This document shows, piece by piece, positions 55,295-64,000 of a DNA stretch of 64,000 nt (positions are counted from its first letter, which is position 1; the number at the start of each line of letters is the position of its first letter). The notes below the pieces were generated by a model that worked only from the letters and a program-made list of their open reading frames with translations, was not told the DNA's origin and ran no database searches. The stretch comes from Macrostomum lignano (Eukaryota), in contig NIVC01001136.1 in NCBI GenBank assembly GCA_002269645.1, forward strand, positions 30,721 to 94,720, written 5' to 3'. The translations under genes and the position numbers were made by a program.

Positions 55295-58200
55295 ATGAAC
55301 AATTCATTGTGGCAGTCAAATCTGGTGCCGCAAGCTCTGTGGAGCTCTCTACCGGGATCTCGTCAAGGCGCTGGAGCTTTCGCCAAGCACCAGCAAACTA
55401 ATAATCAGTTTTCACCTGTCGACTACGTGGTTCTGGGCGTCTTTCTGACCGCTTCACTGGCGGTCGGGATTGTAGCAAGCTTTATAGGACGGCGAAAAGG
55501 TACTGCAGCTGTGATGTAGATTGTACATTTACGTATAGTCCGAAAGATGCAATTTATCGATCGGTAGTTTCCTTTATTTGTATCCTTGGTCGGTAGTTTC
55601 CTCTAATGATAGATTTCTCGTTCGGTAGTCTCTTCTTTTGGTAGATTTTTCAGTCGGTAGTTTCCTCTATTGGTAGTTTCCTCGATCGGTAGTTTCCTCG
55701 ATCGGTAGTTTCCTCGATCGGTAGTTTCCTCGATCGGTAGTTTCCTCGATCGGTAGTTTCCTTGATCGGTAGTTTCCTCGATCGGTAGTTTCCTTGATCG
55801 GTAGTTTCCTCGATCGGTAGTTTCCTCGATCGGTAGTTTCCTCGATCGGTAGTTTCCTCGATCGGTAGTTTCCTCGATCGGTAGTTTCCTCGATCGGTAG
55901 TTTCCTCGATCGGTAGTTTCCTCGATCGGTAGTTTCCTCGATCGGTAGTTTCCTCGATCGGTAGTTTCCTTGATCGGTAGTTTCCTCGATCGGTAGTTTA
56001 CTCGGTCATTGGTTGTTACTATGCGCTTTTCGAGTTTTTTTGGGTTTTAAGTATTCGAAACTCACTACTAGCAAAAGTAGTAAAGATAAAAATCTTTTTA
56101 ATTAGTATCTTCTGTTCTATTTAATAACTAACTAATTAAAATAAAAACAAACGTGAATCGTTTTTGAAGGCTTTAGTTTCTTCCCTTTTAATACAATGCG
56201 TCGAATAATAAGGCTAATGAAAAGGTAAAAAGAAAAGTAAAGAGATGGAAGAGAAGGTAGGAGAGAAGAGAGGAGAGCAGGGATAGGCGCCTATCCACAT
56301 ATACCATATGAACCTAATTTTAACCCTTAAATTTGTGACAAAGTTTAAAACGTGATAAGGCAGATTGCTAAGTAGATTACCCTACTTTTAGCTTTTACCC
56401 TACTAGTAGTAGTTAAGGGTGGGGAAATTTTAGCAGTGGATAGATAAGGAATTTGAAAGTTGCTATACAAGTATAGAGCAGTTGGGCTCTGGGTCTGTTT
56501 ATTATGTAACATTCTTCAAAAAATTAAGTATTTCGGATCATTTTTCATTCTTTAATCTTACATAATGTGATTATAAGAACAGTAGGGAAACTGGTAGCAG
56601 AATGCAACTACCAAACTCAACTACCGTACCAACTAGTGATACCCTAAGTTCTCTTTAGTAAAAGCATCCTACTCGAGAATTCCAGGAAAATATCTTCGGC
56701 CAAAATGTCAGTAAAACCTACTACTTACTACTTACTTACTTACTACTTACTTACTTACTACTTACTTACTTACTACTTACTTACTTACTACTTATTTACT
56801 TACTACTTACTTACTTACTACTTACTTACTTACTACCTATCTTTACACAGGCAACGCAGACGATGGCAGCGCCGGCTCGGACGAAAAAGAAGAATTCGTA
56901 ATGGGCGGCCGCAAGCAGCAGGTGATCCCAGTGGCCCTGTCACTGTTGGTGTCGTTCAACTCGGCCATACTAATCCTCGGGGGTCCAGCCGAGATCTACT
57001 TCAATGGCACAATGTACGTGCTGTCAATATTTGGCGAGCAGATCGGTTGCGTTCTGGCGGCTCTGATATTCGTGCCGGTGTTTTATCAGCTGCGACTGAC
57101 GAGCTCGTTCGAGGTGAGAACCTGTAGCGTTTGCCGATTGCGGTGCAACCACAATAAGTTATGGCTAAAAATTCATTTATTAAAGAGATCAAAAAATATA
57201 TGGGAACTAGAGGATCTAACGTAGACAGTTTTCCCAAACTGCAGAAAATATTATAAACTCGAGAAATATGAATTGCATTTTAAACCACTTGAATAAATCT
57301 TATTCTATGATCACATGAAGTTGAGTCTGTTTATTATTTTGTTATTCTTATCTCCTCTTTCAGAGCTAAAGACTCCAAAAAGTTCACAAAAGTTAGACCT
57401 TATAATATATTTAATTATAACATCACAGGACTGTCGTAATGAGCTTTCTGTAGCTGACGTCACGGGACTGTCGTAAAGAGTTTTCTGTAGCTGACGTCAC
57501 GGGACTGTCGTAAAGAGCTTTCTGTAGCTGACGTCACGGGACTGTCGTTAATAGTTTTCAGTAACTGTCGTCACGGGACTGTCGTAAAGAGCTTTCTGTA
57601 GCTTTCGTCACGGGACTGTCGTAAAGAGTTTTCAGTAGCTGACGTCACGGGACTGTCGTAAAGAGTTTTCTGTAGCTGACGTCACGGGACTGTCGTAAAG
57701 AGTTTTCTGTAGCTGACGTCACGGGACTGTCGTTAATAGTTTTCAGTAACTGTCGTCACGGGACTGTCGTAAAGAGCTTTCTGTAGCTTTCGTCACGGGA
57801 CTGTCGTAAAGAGTTTTCAGTAGCTGACGTCACGGGACTGTCGTAAAGAGTTTTCAGTAGCTGACGTCACGGGACTGTCGTAAAGAGTTTTCTGTAGCTG
57901 ACGTCACGGGACTGTCGTAAAGAGTTTTCTGTAGCTGACGTCACGGGACTGTCGTAAAGAGTTTTCTGTAGCTGACGTCACGGGACTGTCGTTAATAGTT
58001 TTCAGTAACTGTCGTCACGGGACTGTCGTAAAGAGCTTTCTGTAGCTTTCGTCACGGGACTGTCGTAAAGAGTTTTCAGTAGCTGACGTCACGGGACTGT
58101 CGTAAAGAGTTTTCTGTAGCTGACGTCACGGGACTGTCGTTAATAGTTTTCAGTAACTGTCGTCACGGAACTGTCGTAAAGAGCTTTCTGTAGCTTTCGT

Positions 58201-61200
58201 CACGGGACTGTCGTAAAGAGTTTTCAGTAGCTGACGTCACGGGACTGTCGTAAAGAGTTTTCTGTAGCTGACGTCACGGGACTGTCGTAAAGAGTTTTCT
58301 GTAGCTGACGTCACGGGACTGTCGTTAAGAGTTTTTCTAGCCAAGAATTCATCAAGAATTCTCGTAATTTCATTGCAGTATCTCGAGCTGAGATTCAAGT
58401 CTCGTCTTGTTCGACTGATGGGAAATTTCCTGTTTCTAATTAGTAACGTGAGTATATAGTGGCTTTTACTAAAACTTATAGGTGCCTGTGTTCTTAAACG
58501 TACACTTTATTACCTGATATAGATTTATCTGATTTGACAAAAACTTACAGGTGATCTACATGGGACTTGCATTGTACGCTCCAGCCACTGCCTTGCAGTA
58601 TGGTAAGTCGCATTGTGAAATGCAGGCATCTGTTTAAGTCAATACAGGTGCTGCACTTGCAAATTAGGCAAAATTTCGCTGTAGGTCGTTTATCGTTGAA
58701 AAAATGCATTAGCTTGATAGCGGAGGGATTGATGGTTATTTCTCAGCCTAATGGAACTGAAGTCCTAATATCTCACCCTTTCGACTTTTTAACTGGCGTG
58801 TACACAGGAACTTTTATTTATTGTAGGGGGTAGCAATCATTAGGGGTGCCACTATTTGGTGCTTTGGTGGGCGCCCCTGTCTCTTGGTGGGCGCCCCTGT
58901 CTCTTGGTGGGCGCCCCTGTCTTTTGGGGGGCGCCCCTGTCTTTTGGAGGGCCACCACCCCCTGTCTCTTGGAGGGCGCCCCTGTCTTTCGGTTGGCGCC
59001 CCTGTCTCTTGGGCGCCCCTGTCTCTTGGAGGGCGCCCCTGTCTTTTGGAGGGCCACCCCTGTCTCTTGGAGGGCGCCCCTGTCTCTCGGTTGGCGCCCC
59101 TGTCTCTCGGTTGGCGCCCCTGTCTCTCGGTTGGCGCCCTTGTCTCTCGGTTGGCGCCCCTGTCTCTCGGTTGGCGCCCCTGTCTCTCGGTTGGCGCCCC
59201 TGTCTCTCGGTTGGCGCCCCTGTCTCTCGTTTGGCGCCCCTGTCTCTTCGTTGGCGGCCATTCCCCTGTCTTCTATGTGTAGTAGCCTTATACTTTTGTT
59301 ACCTTAATTGAAATATGGATATTGACATTCATAATTTTGCAATCCGTTAAACACTTTTAGTTTCCAACGGTGCCATCCCTGTTGAAGCGTCAATCGCCGT
59401 GAGCGGTGTGATCTGCACTTTCTACACAGCCTGGGTTAGTGACTACACGAGTAATTCTACATTTTTTATAAATAGCTGACGCAGACGAATCTTGCACTGT
59501 TTAAATAAGATTTAAAGAAGATTTAATAGACTCTTTGTTGTCATGCGATTCACAGCCATGAGGGGCAACCTCTCCCCCCACCGCAGAGAGTGTAAATATG
59601 TGTTGCACATTATCACTATTAGTAAATCCGCTATTCCAAAAAGTTCTAATATTCACTTTGTGTCGTTTCAATCAGGGCGGACTCAAGGCTGTGATCTGGA
59701 CTGATGTTTTTCAATCGGTAGTGATGACGGCAGGAATTTTGGCTATCATTATTCGGGTAAGTTAAAAGTTTACTTACCCGAAAGTCAAACAAAATGCTTG
59801 AACTTGATCTTGTATTATTACATAGTTTACAATTAATTTCTGTTGCAGGGACTCATTGACCTGGGTGGCATTGGAAATGTGTGGCAGATATCGTACAAAT
59901 ATGGTCGCATCGAGTTCGACAAGTGAGTTTCAATAATGTCCCTTTTAAACTTCAGTTGCGCTGACTACTGCCGCTAAAAGGGGTGTCGTTTTTGGCACGG
60001 CAGCAGGCACTCATTTTGGTGCCGCTGGCAGGGTAACAAGGTGGGTACGAGTAGGTGGGCAAAGCATAGGTATGTCCACCCCACAGCTTTTACTGAACGG
60101 GGGACATGTCCCCCTGTCCCCTCAGTGCCGACCTCCCCTGGTTACTAAGGCAATACAGGCAATTGCATGGAATGTGCTACACGTCGTTTTTGTAAGTATG
60201 TCGATGTCAAATCTTAAAAGTTACTTTTTACTGCGTATTGCATATGAGGGGAGAGGGGAGGGGAGATGAGGGGAGAAGAGAGGGGAGATGAGGGGAGAGG
60301 AGAGTGGAGAGTAGAGGAGAGAGGAGAGGAGAGATAAGAGGAGAGGGATAGGAGAGAGGAGATGATTGGAGAGGAGAGGAGAGAGGGGAGATTAGGGCAG
60401 ACGAGAGGAGAGGGGAGATGATTGGAGAGGAGAGGAGAGGAGAGGAGAGGAGAGGAGAGGAGAGGAGAGGAGAGGAGAGGAGAGGAGAGGAGAGGAGAGG
60501 AGAGGAGAGGAGAGGAGAGGAGAGGAGAGGAGAGGAGAGGAGAGGAGAGGAGAGGAGAGGAGAGGAGAGGAGAGAGAGAGAGAGAGGAGAGGAGAGGAGA
60601 GGAGAGGAGAGGAGAGAGAGGAGAGGAGAGGAGAGGAGAGGAGAGGAGAAGAGAAGAAAGGAGAGGAGAGGGAGAGAGAGGAGAGGAGAGGAGAGGAGAG
60701 GAGAGGAGAGGAGAGGAGAGGAGAGGAGAGGAGAGGAGAGGAGAGGAGAGGAGAGGAGAGGAGAGGAGAGGAGAGAGGAGAGGAGAGGAGAGAGAGAGCT
60801 GAGAAGAGACTCAAACCTGAGCAGGCCGCATTGCTATTGTGAAGTTTCAAAGGACTCGAGGCCGGATAGAGAGGCATTGCGGGCCGCTTGTTCTATAGCG
60901 TATGCGCATTCTGTTCATTATTTTTTAGCTTCAGCTTAGATCCCGAGTTCGTCACACAGTCTGGGGTCTGGTGGTTAACGGCATCGCCTACTCCAGCACA
61001 TTCGGCGTGTCTCAAGCCTCCGTGCAGCGGTACTGCTCAGTGAAAACTATGCGACAGGCTCAATTGTAAATGTGGCCATTTTTATGACTTATTCATTGTG
61101 TTGTGATTTGGGCCATAGACATGGGCTAGGCGTAGCGTTAAGGGCACAGCAGCCCAGCAGTAAACGCGTCTCTGACTGTCGCGCTATGACACCTAGCCCT

Positions 61201-63472
61201 AGCCCTGGTTGTGGTGCGATGCACAGCTCTGAGAGCCACCCCCAGGGCACAGTGAAGTGTACAGCCTGACGATTAGAAAGACTGGGCCGCTGTACATCAA
61301 TTTCAGCTAATCATAGACCACTAGCAGTATACCAGGACGCTACACTCACAGATCGTGTACTTTTTAAAGGCCAATTTACGTCAAGAATACACTGCGGAAA
61401 TAGGAAAAAAATAATCTGTGCTCTCGTATCATCTTCATCTTTTGGCCCCAAAAAAGTTATACCATCTTTGATTATACTGCTAGTAGTGGTCCTTGAGCTA
61501 AATTTGTAAACTTTACGTAAAGCTTATGCATAGGAGAAAAAAAGACTAGATTTAAGTACAAAATATAACAAAACTTACTTAAAATCCCTGTGCACAGGTC
61601 AGTCGTTCTGGCCTCTCTCGGTGCCATATTCTTCGTGGTGTCCTCGTGCCTGGCGGGTCTGATCATTTTCGCATATTACGCTAACGTCGCCTGCGACCCA
61701 GCGCGGCTGGCTGGATCGAGGATTCGAACCAGGTCCAACAATGCTAGCTTTTTTACTATGAAAATAACTGCATGGCTTTAGTGTTCACAGGGGGCAAGTC
61801 GAGCAATTTACAGACACAGATCAACTATAGTGAACCAACAACAACATCGAACAGAACACACGTACTGTACAGGATTACTTGCTCCATTTGTCGTTGGGAA
61901 AATTTGGTGCTGTAAAGACTGAAAACGAAAAATCAGCACCTGAAGTGCATGCTGCAAAGTTCAGCAAAGTTTACAGTTGTTTGAAACCTTCAACTGCTTT
62001 GGGCGGCAACAGAAATATGGGATAGAAAAGTATACAACACATTAATAATGCTTGATAGGGGTAGCTTGCGGCCTTACTAAGCAGTAATCGAATGCAGTGA
62101 TAACTGAATGCGCTCAACCATTGCATCATATAGAATAGAAATGAAGATGTAGCAGTATGAAACTGGAGAAATTGTTGATTTTTGGACCAACCCTAGTGGC
62201 CACTTTCTTACTTTCCATTACCACTAGACGGACCATTGTCACAAGATCCAGTTTAGACATTACTGGTTGAATCTAAACAGCAGTTCACATGTGGGCTTTG
62301 GCCCCGAATCTTGAAATGAGTCGAGTTGTCCATTTTTTATGATTTTTAGGCATGGTACATGTGCGGGGGGCGTAGCCTTTTTTATGATTTTAGGCATGGT
62401 ACATGTGCGGGGGGGCCGTAGCCTTTTTTATGATTTTTAGGCAAGGTACATGTGCGGGGGCCGCTAGCCTTTTTTATGATTTTTAGGCATGGTACATGTG
62501 CGGGGGGCTGTAGCCTTTTTTATGATTTTTAGGCAAGGTACATGTGCCGGGGCCGGCCTTTTTTATGATTTTTAGCAAGGTACATGTGCGGGGGCCGTAG
62601 CCGTTTATATTTTTAGGCAGGTCATGTGCGGGGGGCCGTAGCCGTTTTATGATTTTTAGGCATGGACATGTGCGAGGGGGGCCGTAGCCTTTTTATGATT
62701 TTTAGGCATGGAACATGTGCGGGGGGCCGTAGCCTTTTTTATGATTTTTAGGCAAGGTACAAATGGCGGGGGCGTAGCCTTTTTTATGATTTTAGGCAAG
62801 GTACATGTGCGGGGCCGTAGCTTTTTTTGATTTTTAGCATGGAACATGTGCGGGGGGCCGTAGCCTAGGCATGGTACATGTGCGGGGGGCCGTAGCCTTT
62901 TTTATGTGAGTGTGTGAGTGTGTGTATGCGTATGACTGCGTACGGATCCGCGCGCTTGTGTGCCTGCTCAGGGGAGTCGGCGGAATGGGTAGTAATGCCT
63001 CTCGCTGGTTGTGTGACAATGTCGCTTAAAGTGCGCCAGGGTGCACACAGCCCTGTCTTTAATACAAAAGCAACAATAAACTTCATAATATATACGAGCA
63101 TATATGTATTTAGCATATTAACATGATCGCGTGTGTTTTTTCAGTACAGATCGTTCCATTCTATGTGATGGAAAACCTCAGCATACCAGTGGTTCCTGGC
63201 CTATTCATCGCTTCGCTATTCGCCGGAGCCCTGAGGTAAGGAAGGGTTCTTGTGTGAGCAGCTCTTGAAACTAAATGCTTTTTCTCCCTTTCAGTTTCAC
63301 CCATTATACATTAGGCATTGAATGCTGCTGATGCCATTGTGTTGCAGTTCGGTATCGTCATCCTTGAGCGCGCTGGCTGCCACAACATGGGAAGATTTTT
63401 TCAAGCCCTACTTGGTGCCTGAACGCTACGAGGCTAAAGCTACGTGGATCAACCGCCTGTTTAGTAAGAGAC
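55295..63472 (+). CDS. SLC5 symporter copy 3, partial (exons 1-11), with apparent frameshifts in exons 8, 9 and 11
   Basis: Exons 55295-55499, 56851-57113, 58379-58447, 58551-58602, 59361-59434, 59676-59756, 59849-59922, from 60929, ~61598, ~63150 and ~63347. Single-base indels in homopolymers (GATCCCGAG vs GATCCCCGAG; GACCCAGC vs GACCCCAGC). Either sequencing error or a pseudogene. Confidence 0.75.
55560..56005. repeat. 16-bp minisatellite, SLC5-3 intron 1
   Basis: Matches the copy 1 array. Confidence 0.95.
57424..58337. repeat. 37-bp minisatellite, SLC5-3 intron 2
   Basis: Same variant order as copy 1. Confidence 0.95.
58860..59270. repeat. 20-bp minisatellite, SLC5-3 intron 4
   Basis: As in copy 1. 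Confidence 0.93.
60245..60800. repeat. (GAGAG)n microsatellite, SLC5-3 intron 7
   Basis: Direct reading of the sequence. Confidence 0.97.
62333..63080. repeat. 46-bp SINE-head minisatellite plus SINE 3' half, SLC5-3 intron 9
   Basis: As in copy 1, with many single-base indels. Confidence 0.9.
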
Positions 63473-63503
63473 TGCTGTGCCTACTGCTAGAGTTATGGGC
63501 TCG

Positions 63504-64000
63504 TGTAAGAGTTTAATGCATGATTTGGCAGTTGCACGAAGAAGTACGAAAGCCACAGTGGGCCAGACGATGTTATTTATTTAATATTTAGTCGGCTACT
63601 GCATTGCGTGGGTGGTGGTCGTAAATGTACACTTTGCTTACTACGAGTACAGATAAGGGGGCGAGAGTTAGAGAGAGAAAGCCGGCTGACGTACGGAGCC
63701 GGAAAAATGGGGTGGCGGGTGCGCTCATATAGCAAATCAATGGCTCACATCTCTCCTCAACGCAGAAAAGAAAATCACTTTTGAAAACTCGATGCTTGCA
63801 TTCGAAGCGCGGGGAGACTCGAACGACATACCGATTGAAGGGAAATAAAATATTGGTTGCCGCTGACCATTGAATAAAAAAAAACAACGGACGCAGCCGG
63901 AATAAAAGCATTTCGAGAAACGAAAAAAAACGCAAAAGGTTACAAGACATTAACAGTTTCAACATTTTTAAACAGTTGCGACGGATTTCAAGACTATCAA
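63504..64000 (-). mobile_element. 3' LTR (63504-63749) and 3' UTR of the same Gypsy insertion, truncated by the window end
   Basis: Same LTR sequence at the same intron-11 site as 27592. Confidence 0.93.

Larger units (their letters stand above)
52488..64000 (+). repeat. Tandem cassette unit 3 (truncated by the window end)
   Basis: Offset of ~35,924 from unit 1. Nearly identical to unit 1 from about 54,400 onward. Confidence 0.85.

Overview
Eukaryotic (metazoan) genomic DNA: spliceosomal GT-AG introns, GC-rich exons and minisatellite-rich introns. The style suggests a free-living flatworm such as Macrostomum, but this is inference only. Left part (1-16.5 kb): an internally deleted piggyBac relic, a 2-exon atypical dual-specificity phosphatase (+), a multi-exon STE/MAP3K-like kinase with a long coiled-coil tail (-), and two secreted fibrinogen-related (FReD) genes with a small PAN/apple-like N-domain. 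From about 16.57 kb the window is a tandem array of a two-gene cassette (one FReD gene plus one 15-exon SLC5 sodium:solute symporter): unit 1 ~16575-37062, unit 2 ~37063-52487, unit 3 ~52488 to the window end. A young, intact Ty3/Gypsy (Mag-like) LTR retrotransposon sits in intron 11 of SLC5 copies 1 and 3, with the empty site in copy 2. A tRNA-derived SINE family occurs several times, and one minisatellite appears to have been born from the SINE's 5' end. The five FReD paralogs are patchwork mosaics suggestive of gene conversion. Unit 3 is almost identical to unit 1 and gains homopolymer indels towards the window end, so it may be partly an assembly artefact. All exon models were assembled by hand from splice consensus and frame continuity; no database searches were run.
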